A DNA stretch of 60,158 nt from positions 1 to 60,158 of the forward strand of contig JABMQZ010000235.1 in assembly GCA_013202965.1 (NCBI GenBank). The letters are read 5' to 3'. Positions within the stretch are counted from its first letter, which is position 1. Each line of letters opens with the position of its first letter. Shown here piece after piece: positions 7,405 through 16,887 of this stretch. Origin of the DNA: Bacteroidota bacterium (GTDB lineage Bacteria; Bacteroidota; Bacteroidia; Bacteroidales; B18-G4). Made by a program: the position numbers and the translations under genes. A model generated the notes under the pieces. That model ran no database searches. It saw nothing but the letters and a program-made list of their open reading frames with translations, and was not told where the DNA came from.

Positions 7405-9824
7405 TATTCATATTTAATCGCATTCACAGGGTTAGAAGATGCTACCTTGATAATATGGAAGCTGATACTGAGCATTCCTACGGCAAGTGACATCACTCCT
7501 CCAAGAATAAATGCGAATACCCCAATCTCAATATGAAATGCAAAATTTTCAAGCCACAGGTCCAGTACATACCATGCAACAGGAATGGCAAGAATAAAAG
7601 CAATTCCGATCAGGATGGCAAACTCTTTGTAAAGCAGCCTGATGATGTTGGCCATGGAAGCCCCAAAGATTTTCCTGAGGCCAATCTCTTTTGTACGTTG
7701 TTCGGCAATGAAAGATGAAAGTCCCAAAAGCCCGAGCAAGGCAATGAATATGGTTAGCATGGTGGCGATACTGAAGATCATCCCAAGGTTCTTTTCCGCC
7801 GTATACATTTCATCCCATGTTTCTTCAAGAAAACGATAGTTAAAGGGCCTGTTAGCACCAAAATCATTCCATTTTTCTTCAATGAAATCAATGGTTTCGC
7901 GCAAATTTTCGCCATTGATCCTTATACTTAAATCGCTTTTATTGAAATCAGCCATGAACATCATTTGCTTTTGGACCTTGTTATGCAGGGATCTGAAGTG
8001 GTAATCTTCAATTACCCCGATTACCTTCATCTTCCGGCCTCCACTGCCATCCAGTTCAAAACCCCAGTGTATGGTCTTTCCGATGGGATCATCTTCCCAG
8101 TCGTAAGTTTTTACCAGTGTTTCGTTTACGATCACAGCTTCCTCAGCATCCGTTCCCATGTTTTCGTCGAAAAACCTTCCCTGCTTTAGTTTAATATCAT
8201 ATAAGTCAAAATAATGATAATCGACAATGGTGATGATGCTCGCCTCATCGATCCAGCCGGTGTCTTTTTCCATCCTCACTACCTGTATCCAATTATTTCT
8301 GCCAGGAATACCTATTGAGTTTGTAACCCCAAGGATGTCAGGATTTTGTAACAATTCCTCACGAAACATAGGTGCTTTTGCTCTGAAAGCACTGTCCTGT
8401 AATTCCAGGATCATCATGTTTTCCATGTCAAAACCGAGGTCTTTATTCCTCAGGTAAGATAATTGTTGTGAAACGATGATGGTTCCAATGATCATTGCCG
8501 TGGCGATAAAAAACTGGAAAACCACCAGGATCTTTCTAAGTATACCGCTTCCTCCGGTTTTGGAAACAGCCCCTTTCACTACTGTTACAGGGTTAAAAGA
8601 TGAGAGGTAAAATGCTGGGTAGCTTCCTGAAATAATACCTATGATCGTAGCAATAATAATGATACCAATGATGAAGACAGGATTCAGGAAAATATCGTAA
8701 GTCACGCTTTTCCCGGCCAGCAGATTAAAATCAGGTAATAATAAATAAACAAAGGCCACAGCAATTACCAGCGAGATATAACTTAGCATAAGAGATTCGC
8801 CAAGGAACTGCCTGATAAGTTGTCCTTTGTAAGCCCCGGCGACCTTTCTGATACCTACTTCCCTTGCCCGTTTGGTAGAGCGTGCAGTTGCCATATTCAT
8901 ATAATTAATAGCGGCAATAAGCAGAATAAACATAGCTATAGCAATGAATATTAATATAAAAGCTTTGTTTCCTTTCGGCTGATCAGATGAAAGATTATCT
9001 GAAAAATGCTGTTCTGTCAATGGTGTAGACATCAATTCATAACCGGCATTGATCTGATCACCGATATCTCTCATATATTTATCATAGAACTCCGGAAACT
9101 TCTCATGAATACTTCCCATGTTGCTATTTTCATTAAGCATGAGGTAGGTGTATACGCCTATATTCCAGAATCTTGCGGGCTCCATGCTGTTGAATTCCTC
9201 TTCACCGGCTTCTGCGGCCAGGGTCGTTCCAGAGATCAGGGCATCAAACCTTAAATGAGAATTGCTTGGTACGTCTTCTATTACCCCGGTAACTTTGAAC
9301 TGCCTGCCGGATCCTGACTCAAGGATCTTCCCCATCGGGTCTTTATCGCCAAAATACTTTTCAGCAATTGATTTTGTAAGCACAATGGATAAAGGCTCAA
9401 CAAGGCACCTGTCCGGGTCTCCCATGATCATCTTATGGGTAAATACCTGAAAATAGGTGGAATCGGTGAAATAAAAATCTTCCTCATAAGATTCTTTCTC
9501 TTCGTTCCTGAACAAGGAGTTCCCTGCTCCAAAAATCCTGACGACAGATTCTACCTCCGGGTATTCCAATTGCAGTGCCGGTCCCATTGGGATCGGAACT
9601 ATCGCAAACAGTTCATCTTTCCCGGCAATGGTAAAGTTGGATTCGATACGATGAATTCTTGAAGCATTTTCATGATATTTATCGTAAGATCTTTCATCAT
9701 TTATGTATAAAAACAAAAAGATGAAAGCAATTAATCCCACAGATAATCCGAGGATATTCAGGAATGAATAAAACTTATTTTTTACAATATTCCTGAATGC
9801 GCTTTTAATATAATTACTAATCAT
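7404..9824 (-). CDS. ABC transporter permease, FtsX/MacB family
   Basis: 806 aa. Two 4-TM FtsX-type modules, each preceded by a large periplasmic domain. Paralog of 10661..13072, with the same N-terminus (IKxAFRxxxKxKxYSxxN) and C-terminal tail (NPVxxIKYE). Confidence 0.85.
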   Translation of the reverse strand: MISNYIKSAFRNIVKNKFYSFLNILGLSVGLIAFIFLFLYINDERSYDKYHENASRIHRIESNFTIAGKDELFAIVPIPMGPALQLEYPEVESVVRIFGAGNSLFRNEEKESYEEDFYFTDSTYFQVFTHKMIMGDPDRCLVEPLSIVLTKSIAEKYFGDKDPMGKILESGSGRQFKVTGVIEDVPSNSHLRFDALISGTTLAAEAGEEEFNSMEPARFWNIGVYTYLMLNENSNMGSIHEKFPEFYDKYMRDIGDQINAGYELMSTPLTEQHFSDNLSSDQPKGNKAFILIFIAIAMFILLIAAINYMNMATARSTKRAREVGIRKVAGAYKGQLIRQFLGESLMLSYISLVIAVAFVYLLLPDFNLLAGKSVTYDIFLNPVFIIGIIIIATIIGIISGSYPAFYLSSFNPVTVVKGAVSKTGGSGILRKILVVFQFFIATAMIIGTIIVSQQLSYLRNKDLGFDMENMMILELQDSAFRAKAPMFREELLQNPDILGVTNSIGIPGRNNWIQVVRMEKDTGWIDEASIITIVDYHYFDLYDIKLKQGRFFDENMGTDAEEAVIVNETLVKTYDWEDDPIGKTIHWGFELDGSGGRKMKVIGVIEDYHFRSLHNKVQKQMMFMADFNKSDLSIRINGENLRETIDFIEEKWNDFGANRPFNYRFLEETWDEMYTAEKNLGMIFSIATMLTIFIALLGLLGLSSFIAEQRTKEIGLRKIFGASMANIIRLLYKEFAILIGIAFILAIPVAWYVLDLWLENFAFHIEIGVFAFILGGVMSLAVGMLSISFHIIKVASSNPVNAIKYE

Positions 9825-9920
9825 GATTGCTGGACTTTAATGATGACAATGGTATTCATATATGGGCTTCATAATAAAAATGATTATGTGCAATGAGAAC
9901 ATCTGGACGAGACGCCCTCA

Positions 9921-10595
9921 TTACTTGATGTTCTCGGTGATGATCTGTCCGTCGAACAACCTGATAATACGCTGGGCATATTCGGCATCCCGTTGTGAGT
10001 GGGTTACAATAATGATGGTCGTTCCTTCATTATTGAGGGTCTCAAGCAGGTTCATTACTTCTTCCCCATTAGCAGAGTCGAGGTTTCCGGTAGGTTCATC
10101 AGCAAGGATCAGGTGTGGATTGGCAATCACTGCACGGGCTACTGCTACGCGCTGTTGCTGGCCGCCGGATAATTGCATTGGGAAATGCTTTCTGCGATGA
10201 ATGATCTTCATCTTTTCGAGCACTTCTGTTACTCGTTTTTTACGTTGAGAAGCAGGCATTCCTAAATAGATCAGGGGTAGCTCTACATTTTCCTGAACAT
10301 TCAGCTCGTCGATCAGGTTAAAACTCTGGAATACAAAGCCGATATTATTCTTTCTCAATCTTGCTCTCTGTCGCTCCTTGAAAGTTGATACCTCTTTGTC
10401 GTTGAAATAATAATCTCCCCCACTTGGATTATCAAGCAGGCCAAGAATGTTCAGCAAGGTGGATTTGCCACAACCGGAGGGCCCCATGATGGCAACAAAC
10501 TCACCTGGTTTGATTTCGAAACTGACTTGATCCAGAGCTGTGGTTTCCACCTCGTCGGCCCTGAATATTTTACTTAAATTTTCTGTTTTAATCAT
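9921..10595 (-). CDS. ABC transporter ATP-binding protein (MacB/LolD-like)
   Basis: Walker A GPSGCGKST, ABC signature LSGGQQQR and Walker B LILADEPT. Confidence 0.95.
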   Translation of the reverse strand: MIKTENLSKIFRADEVETTALDQVSFEIKPGEFVAIMGPSGCGKSTLLNILGLLDNPSGGDYYFNDKEVSTFKERQRARLRKNNIGFVFQSFNLIDELNVQENVELPLIYLGMPASQRKKRVTEVLEKMKIIHRRKHFPMQLSGGQQQRVAVARAVIANPHLILADEPTGNLDSANGEEVMNLLETLNNEGTTIIIVTHSQRDAEYAQRIIRLFDGQIITENIK

Positions 10596-10660
10596 TGCTG
10601 TATTATTTTGGTTTATTATTATATTTTTAAGACGATATGATTGTTTATTAGTTACATGGC

Positions 10661-13072
10661 TTATTCATATTTGATGGTATCAACAGGGTCTGCCCTGGCT
10701 GCAGTCCAGGCCTTCAGTGTTGTGATGATCAGGGCCAGAAGCATAGCTGTCATAGCTGAGATCAGGAATGTCAGCCAATTAATAGAAGTACGGTAGGCAA
10801 AGTGATCCAGCCAATTGGTGATCAACAGCCAGGAGATAATCCAGGCAAATACACTGGCAATGATGATGAGCCGGAAAAACTCAACAGAAAGCAAAATGAT
10901 GATGTGCAGCGTTCCGGCACCAAGTACTTTCCTGATCCCGATCTCTTTGGTTCTTTTCTCGGCCATGAATGATACCAAACCGAAAATGCCCAGCCCGGCA
11001 ATAAGCAGAATGAGAAATGTAAAGATCATCGACAGCAGGCTGAGATTGTCTTCATCATCATAAAGTTTGCGTAGCTCCTGATCCAGAAACGAGTATTCAA
11101 ATGGCCGTGATGGAGCATAATTCATCCATACCTGATTTACGAGATCGATGACCTCCTGTTCTTTTCCGGCCTGATATTTTATAGCTACATATTTGAGGAA
11201 CCATACGATCTCAGCAGGGTTTTCCTTCATATTAAGGACGAAGGGGCCTGCCGCTTCATGCAAAGAAGTTACATGAAAATTGCTGATCACACCTATCACT
11301 CTTTCTTCTCCGTTCAGGGACCTGAATTTCTTGCCAATGGCATCTTCATTGCTTCTCCATCCCATATGCTTTACCATGGCCTCATTGATCAGCATCCCTG
11401 TGACAGGATCGGACTTGTTCAACTCCTGGTAGCTCCTGCCCGCAAGGATCTTTATGTTAAATGTTTCCACGAAATTCCACATGACCACCATGGCAGGATA
11501 AAACTGCCATTTATTTTCAGGCAATCCTTCAGGACGGAACTCATGTGTATTATGGGCTCCTCCAAGAATGTCATCCATGGCCGTAACATTGAGGATCCTG
11601 GAATCCTGTAACAGCTCTTTGCTGAAAGCATCATAACTTTTGGCCACCGGTGTGTGGTTAACAGGAATAAGCATGATATTATCTTTTTTAAATCCGAGGT
11701 CTGCATTCTTCAGATAGTTCAGTTGGTTAAAGACTATCATGGTGCCGATGATCAGGGCAATGGAAATGGTAAATTGTATTACCACAAGCACTTTTCTGCC
11801 GAAACCACTGTTCCGAACCAGTCCGTGATCGCCCTTCAGCATGTTCAGTGGGCGAAAAGCCGACAGATAAAAGGCCGGATAGAGGCCTGAGAAAATACCG
11901 ACAAACAATCCAAGCAGGATCAGTCCGACGATATACTGCGGTTGGAGTAGAATAGCGAGCTTGAAATTTTTATCCGTGAACGTATTGAAAGAAGGGATGG
12001 CCAATTCTACGATGATAATGGCAAGTATCAGACCGATATATGTCAGGATCAGTGACTCACCCAAAAACTGGAAGATCAGTCTTCTTCTCGACACCCCAAT
12101 GGCTTTTTTGATCCCGATTTCCCTGGCTCGTTTACCTGAGGTGGCCGTTGAAAGATTCATAAAATTTATTCCGGCGATCACCAGTAAAAAAACAGCAATT
12201 GAAGTTAATATATATATGTATGATTTGTTGTTGTTCTGCTCTATTTCGTAATCCAGCCTGGATTCCAGGTGTATGTCTGTAAGAGCCTGAAGGTAGAGTG
12301 TGATGTTTTCCTTTTCGGCATCATAAAAATACTTTTCAATGAATTCAGGAAATTTTTCCTCCAGCATTTCCGGGCTTGCTCCTTTGGCCAGAAGCATATA
12401 GGTCCAGCAGGGATTCCACACCCAGGTAGCTGGAAGTCGGCCTCTGTAAACTGATTTCACAGTGGCCATCGACCCCATGAAATCAAAGATGAAATGGGAT
12501 TGTCCCGGCAGGTCTTCAATCACACCACTCACTTTCAGGGGGGCAACTTCTTCAAATTTAAGGATCTTCCCCATAGGATCTTCATCCCCGAAATATTTTT
12601 TTGCGGATGATGCTGTGATCACCACAGCGTTGATCTCATCAAGGGCAGTTTCAGGATCCCCCTGAATGAATTTATGCCTGAAGATCTCAAAGTAGGTTGA
12701 ATCTGCGAAAAAGAACCTGCGTTCATTGAATTTCTGTTCTCCATATTCTACAAGGCTGCGGGGAGCCTGGAAATTGAAGATACGGCAAATATTCTCAACA
12801 ATACCGGGGTACTCATCTTTCAGTGTAAAGGCAACAGGAAAAGGGAGACTGGCAGAATTTTCGCCCACACCCTCGAAATCATAGATCTGGGCCATGCGGT
12901 AAATATCCTCTGCACGCTCATGATGACGATCATAGCCCAGTTCATCCATCACGTAGATCATGATCAGGATGAAACTGGCAATGCCTATTGCCAGACCTGC
13001 AAGGTTTATCAGCGAATAAGTTCTTCGCTTGATAAGGTATCTGAAAGCAGTTTTAATGAAGTTGATGAACAT
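10661..13072 (-). CDS. ABC transporter permease, FtsX/MacB family
   Basis: 803 aa, with the same architecture as 7404..9824. Confidence 0.85.
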   Translation of the reverse strand: MFINFIKTAFRYLIKRRTYSLINLAGLAIGIASFILIMIYVMDELGYDRHHERAEDIYRMAQIYDFEGVGENSASLPFPVAFTLKDEYPGIVENICRIFNFQAPRSLVEYGEQKFNERRFFFADSTYFEIFRHKFIQGDPETALDEINAVVITASSAKKYFGDEDPMGKILKFEEVAPLKVSGVIEDLPGQSHFIFDFMGSMATVKSVYRGRLPATWVWNPCWTYMLLAKGASPEMLEEKFPEFIEKYFYDAEKENITLYLQALTDIHLESRLDYEIEQNNNKSYIYILTSIAVFLLVIAGINFMNLSTATSGKRAREIGIKKAIGVSRRRLIFQFLGESLILTYIGLILAIIIVELAIPSFNTFTDKNFKLAILLQPQYIVGLILLGLFVGIFSGLYPAFYLSAFRPLNMLKGDHGLVRNSGFGRKVLVVIQFTISIALIIGTMIVFNQLNYLKNADLGFKKDNIMLIPVNHTPVAKSYDAFSKELLQDSRILNVTAMDDILGGAHNTHEFRPEGLPENKWQFYPAMVVMWNFVETFNIKILAGRSYQELNKSDPVTGMLINEAMVKHMGWRSNEDAIGKKFRSLNGEERVIGVISNFHVTSLHEAAGPFVLNMKENPAEIVWFLKYVAIKYQAGKEQEVIDLVNQVWMNYAPSRPFEYSFLDQELRKLYDDEDNLSLLSMIFTFLILLIAGLGIFGLVSFMAEKRTKEIGIRKVLGAGTLHIIILLSVEFFRLIIIASVFAWIISWLLITNWLDHFAYRTSINWLTFLISAMTAMLLALIITTLKAWTAARADPVDTIKYE

Positions 13073-13106
13073 GGGCTTCTATTAGTTTCAGCTTCTGGCA
13101 GTGGAA

Positions 13107-13556
13107 TTATTCAGGAATTTTGTAATAGATTTTACTAACGATCTTCCATCCGTCTTCGAATTCATACAATGAAAGATAATCGGTAAAAATCTTTTTTCCT
13201 CCCTTGCTTAGATGAATCTTTGCTACAGCAGCATTACCCGTGATGTCGATAAATTCAAATTCACAGCTGGTGAGTTCGTCTTCTTTGAGGGGAGAAGGGT
13301 CTTTTTGCTTTTCCATTTCAGCATAGGTGATCCAGTTGTAAATGGGAAACTTGTTGATCATCCCGCGTTGAAACATGAGAAGATCAAATCCGGGATAGAA
13401 ACCATTGCGGGTCTGATCCAGATCTCCCTTGTTTTGCAGCCCGTCAACGTAAGCTGTAAGTATGAGTTTTTTAATTGCGTCATCTTCATCAGCACTCTGA
13501 GCTGTTACGAATATGCAAATCGATAGTGCTGCTAATAGTAGTGTAATTTTTTTCAT
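13107..13556 (-). CDS. Small secreted protein or lipoprotein, NTF2-like/SnoaL-like fold (putative)
   Basis: I trimmed the track ORF (13107..13691) to the ATG at 13554-13556, which gives a signal peptide (MKKITLLLAALSICIFVTAQS). The upstream 45 codons are a translation of the low-complexity array. The fold assignment is recall only. Confidence 0.55.
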   Translation of the reverse strand: MKKITLLLAALSICIFVTAQSADEDDAIKKLILTAYVDGLQNKGDLDQTRNGFYPGFDLLMFQRGMINKFPIYNWITYAEMEKQKDPSPLKEDELTSCEFEFIDITGNAAVAKIHLSKGGKKIFTDYLSLYEFEDGWKIVSKIYYKIPE

Positions 13557-13563
13557 AGCTATT

Positions 13564-13684
13564 AAGTTTTGAGTTTTAAGTTTTGAGTGTTTCTCCCCAC
13601 CTCTAATTTTCCATCTCTCTGATTCTCTGATTCTCTGATTCTCCCCGTACTCCAAGTCACAAAGTCTCCCCGTCTCCAATTCTC
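13564..13684. repeat. Word array inside the exporter operon: 7 heptamers (13564-13612), then 9 octamers (13613-13684)
   Basis: Heptamers: AAGTTTT GAGTTTT AAGTTTT GAGTGTT TCTCCCC ACCTCTA ATTTTCC. Octamers: ATCTCTCT GATTCTCT GATTCTCT GATTCTCC CCGTACTC CAAGTCAC AAAGTCTC CCCGTCTC CAATTCTC. The plus strand is pyrimidine-rich. Confidence 0.85.
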
Positions 13685-13947
13685 CTGCCACTACCTTTTT
13701 TCCTAAACATCAGAGGTATCCTCCCCTTCCCCGGTGCACCGATCTCCATCAGCTCCCAGCCCTTATCGTATTCAGCAAGTTTCTTTTTAAGAACTGAAAC
13801 CGGGTTAGTGGGTGGGTCATTGTTGCCTTCCCAGCTGAGTAATTCAACCCGGTATTGAATGGTCTTTTTCCTGCCATTGATCCTGACTTCTATTTCAATG
13901 TTTTGTTCCACATCAACATCAGGGATAAGGATGACTACTTCTTTCAT
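13657..13947 (-). CDS. Hypothetical small protein (96 aa) between the HlyD adaptor gene and the exporter genes
   Basis: ATG-initiated ORF 40 nt downstream of the HlyD gene, on the same strand. No family recognised. Its last ~9 codons overlap the octamer array, so the true C-terminus is uncertain. Confidence 0.45.
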   Translation of the reverse strand: MKEVVILIPDVDVEQNIEIEVRINGRKKTIQYRVELLSWEGNNDPPTNPVSVLKKKLAEYDKGWELMEIGAPGKGRIPLMFRKKGSGRRIGDGETL

Positions 13948-13987
13948 GCAAATAATTTTTTAAATGAATATATTTTGTTTTTACTGA

Positions 13988-15241
13988 TCAGTTTCTGAAT
14001 ATGAGTTTGTCTTTTCCTCCGAATGATCCGTAGGATGATACGATCACTTTTTCACCCGGATCCAGGCCTCCCTTAATTTCATAGTAGCGGGTATTCTGAC
14101 GGCCTATACGTATTTCCCTCTTAAGGGCAAACTCCCCGGAAGGATCCACAACATAAATCCAGTTGCCACCGGTTTCCTGGAAGAATCCCCCGCGCTTAAC
14201 AATGATGGCATCCTGAGCACTGCTGAAAATAACCCTGAGCTGAACGGTTTGTCCGCGCTTGATGGCTTTCGGAGAATCTCCTTCAAACAATAGATCTACC
14301 TCGAAGGTGCCATGGGTGACATTCGTATATATTTTATTGATGTACAGCCTGTAAGTTTTCTTGTTGAAAGTGAACTCTGCTTCCTGCCCGACATAGACCC
14401 TGGAAATATAGCGTTCATCAATCCGGGCTTTTAGCTTAAAGCCATCCATCATATCGATTTGCCCGAGGTGTTCGCCCACTTGCTTGATTTCACCGATCTC
14501 CGCACTGAAAGACGATAGTTTCCCATCAGCCGGTGCTTTAATGTTTAGGTTTTCAATGGTCTTCTTGAGCAGTTCCAGGTTTTGGCCCATCCGTAAGATT
14601 GAGCTGTTGATCTGCCTGATCTGGGAATAAGCAAATACTGAATCCAGTTTTTGCAGCTCCCTGCTTAACTCAAGTTGCCTTTTCAGTCCGAAAAATTCCC
14701 GTTCTGCATCTTCCCATTCCTTTTTGGTGATGACCTGATTGTCTATTAATTGCTTTTTACGGATGTAATCATTCTTTGCCTGCTGAAGACGATAGCTCAG
14801 ATCGGCAATTTCTTTTTCTCTGATGTATCTGCTTTGTTCAAGTTGTATTTTAGTGTTTTGAAGGTTGTTTATGGCATCAAGCATGCGTGTTTCCTGCTCC
14901 ATTGTGCTTAACTCCATGTTGGCATTCATCAACTTGAGTATCGGATCTCCCTTTTTAAGGATAGCACCGTCTTCCACATATACTGCTTCCACGATCCCAC
15001 CCTGAACAGCATCAATATATACTGTATTCTTCGGGTATACTACCCCGTCAACAGGGATAAACTCCTGGAATTTATCTTCCAGTACTGTTGCAATGCTGAG
15101 TTGGTCACTGTTCACATAATATCTGCTCTGCTTATCCCTGATAAATAAGAGGTAGATCAGGAAAAATAAAAATAAGGCAATGGCTCCGATCGTTAAGATC
15201 CTTTTCAAAGTCCATTTCTTTTTTTTAATTATTCGGTCCAT
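13988..15241 (-). CDS. HlyD-family efflux periplasmic adaptor (membrane fusion protein)
   Basis: 417 aa. N-terminal TM anchor, a long coiled-coil segment (QNTKIQLEQSRYIREKEIADLSYRLQQAKNDY) and a C-terminal beta-barrel. First gene of the exporter operon. Confidence 0.85.
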   Translation of the reverse strand: MDRIIKKKKWTLKRILTIGAIALFLFFLIYLLFIRDKQSRYYVNSDQLSIATVLEDKFQEFIPVDGVVYPKNTVYIDAVQGGIVEAVYVEDGAILKKGDPILKLMNANMELSTMEQETRMLDAINNLQNTKIQLEQSRYIREKEIADLSYRLQQAKNDYIRKKQLIDNQVITKKEWEDAEREFFGLKRQLELSRELQKLDSVFAYSQIRQINSSILRMGQNLELLKKTIENLNIKAPADGKLSSFSAEIGEIKQVGEHLGQIDMMDGFKLKARIDERYISRVYVGQEAEFTFNKKTYRLYINKIYTNVTHGTFEVDLLFEGDSPKAIKRGQTVQLRVIFSSAQDAIIVKRGGFFQETGGNWIYVVDPSGEFALKREIRIGRQNTRYYEIKGGLDPGEKVIVSSYGSFGGKDKLIFRN

Positions 15242-15264
15242 TTCAATATAATTTGGTTTAACAT

Positions 15265-15286
15265 TTTTTAACTAAATCTGTGCCAC
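15265..15286 (-). promoter_or_regulatory. Weak candidate sigma-54 (-24/-12) promoter for the exporter operon
   Basis: The minus strand reads GTGGCACAGATTTAGTTAAAAA. The -24 TGGCAC is perfect, but the -12 element is TTAGT rather than TTGC(A/T). It lies about 25-45 nt upstream of the HlyD ATG and next to a sigma-54-dependent activator gene. Confidence 0.25.
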
Positions 15287-15507
15287 TAATTTTAATAGAC
15301 ACTGAAACAGCGTGTTGCGAAGAAATTATTTTGCCAACTGCATGTGTATTGTTCATTATCGTTCATACGCTTGTACAAATACGAACAATATTCATAACTT
15401 TACCCTTTGATGACAGCAAAAGCATTTGACTTAATTTTTCTTTATTGATCTGACTTCTGTAATAACATGTGCTGCATAATTTTTCCTTTTCAATCAAAAT
15501 CTGATTT

Positions 15508-16887
15508 ATGAACAAACTAGAGGCAAAGATTCTTATAATTGATGACGACAAGGATGTACTGATGGCTGCCAGGCTGTTCCTGAAACAGCATTTTGCGATC
15601 GTTCATACCGAAGAAAACCCGAAAAATATTCCGGACCTGATACGCAATGAGACCTACGATGTTATCCTCCTTGATATGAACTTCTCGAGGGATGCTACCA
15701 GTGGAAAGGAAGGTTTTATGTGGCTGAACAAGATCCTTGAGATCGATCCTACTACAGTGGTGATCCTCATTACCGGATATGGCGATATTGAACTTGCAGT
15801 GCAAGGAATCAAGGAAGGCGCAACAAATTTCCTTCTTAAGCCATGGGACAATAAAAAGCTGGTTGCCACCATTACCACATCACTGCAATTAAGGAAGTCA
15901 AAAGTTGAACTTGAAGCTCTCAGGACAAAGCAAAAAGTAATGATTGCAGACCAGAACCGTATGCACAGGGAAATTGTTGGGGATTCTATAGCCATGCAGA
16001 AGGTGATGGAAACAGTAAGAAAGGTTGCTGTAACCGAAGCAAATGTGTTGATCCTCGGAGAAAATGGAACCGGAAAAGAGCTTGTGGCAAGGGCGATTCA
16101 TATGTCTTCTGCCAGAAAAGATGAAGTTTTTATAGGTGTTGACCTGGGAGCGATCAGCGAGTCACTTTTTGAAAGCGAATTGTTTGGTTTCAAAAAAGGT
16201 GCGTTTACAGATGCCAAAGAAGACCGTGCCGGTCGCTTCGAAGCTGCCAACAAGGGAACCATATTCCTGGATGAGATTGGAAATCTTTCCCTCTCACTGC
16301 AATCTAAACTCTTGAGTGTTTTGCAAAACCGGAAAGTTGTACGCCTGGGAACCAATAAGGAAATTTCCATTGATGTGAGACTGGTTTGTGCCACCAATAT
16401 GCCGCTTTACCAGATGGTAAATGAAAATAAATTCAGACAGGACCTCCTATACAGGATCAATACTGTGGAGGTTCATGTTCCGTCATTGCGTGAGCGGCCG
16501 GAAGACATTCCTGCCTTGCTTGAACACTTCCTGGAGATATATTGCAGGAAATACAAGATAACGTCAAAAAGAGTAAATGCTTCAACCCTTAAAAGGCTTG
16601 AAAAACATAATTGGCCCGGAAATATCCGGGAATTGCAGCATGCTGTGGAAAGAGCTGTGATCATGAGTGAATCAAATATTCTACAGACATCCGATTTTTT
16701 CCTTTCACCGGTTGAGGAGACTTCCTCAGATGTCATCAGCACCTCTAATATGAATCTGGAGGAAACTGAAAAAATGCTGATACGTAAGGTAGTGGATAAA
16801 CATGGGGGAAATATCAGCAAGGCAGCCAAAGAGCTTGGACTGACAAGGGCATCCCTTTACAGGAGAATAGAGAAATATGATATTTAG
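15508..16887 (+). CDS. Sigma-54-dependent response regulator (NtrC family)
   Basis: Receiver domain (ILIIDDD...LLDMNF), an AAA+ sigma-54 interaction domain (Walker A GENGTGKE, GAFTDA loop) and a C-terminal Fis-type HTH (AAKELGLTRASLYRRIEKY). Confidence 0.9.
   Translation: MNKLEAKILIIDDDKDVLMAARLFLKQHFAIVHTEENPKNIPDLIRNETYDVILLDMNFSRDATSGKEGFMWLNKILEIDPTTVVILITGYGDIELAVQGIKEGATNFLLKPWDNKKLVATITTSLQLRKSKVELEALRTKQKVMIADQNRMHREIVGDSIAMQKVMETVRKVAVTEANVLILGENGTGKELVARAIHMSSARKDEVFIGVDLGAISESLFESELFGFKKGAFTDAKEDRAGRFEAANKGTIFLDEIGNLSLSLQSKLLSVLQNRKVVRLGTNKEISIDVRLVCATNMPLYQMVNENKFRQDLLYRINTVEVHVPSLRERPEDIPALLEHFLEIYCRKYKITSKRVNASTLKRLEKHNWPGNIRELQHAVERAVIMSESNILQTSDFFLSPVEETSSDVISTSNMNLEETEKMLIRKVVDKHGGNISKAAKELGLTRASLYRRIEKYDI

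Noticed and set aside
13557-13691. N-terminal 45 codons of track ORF 13107..13691
   Set aside because: These residues (MAGELETGRLCDLEYGENQRIRESERWKIRGGEKH...) are the translated word array. An internal ATG at 13556 gives a proper signal peptide, so I trimmed the gene.
15311-15345. Second sigma-54-like site (minus strand TTGGCAAAATAATTTCTTCGCA)
   Set aside because: The GG-to-GC spacing is 15 nt instead of 10, and the -24 element is TGGCAA. It is a worse match than the 15265-15286 candidate, which is itself weak.
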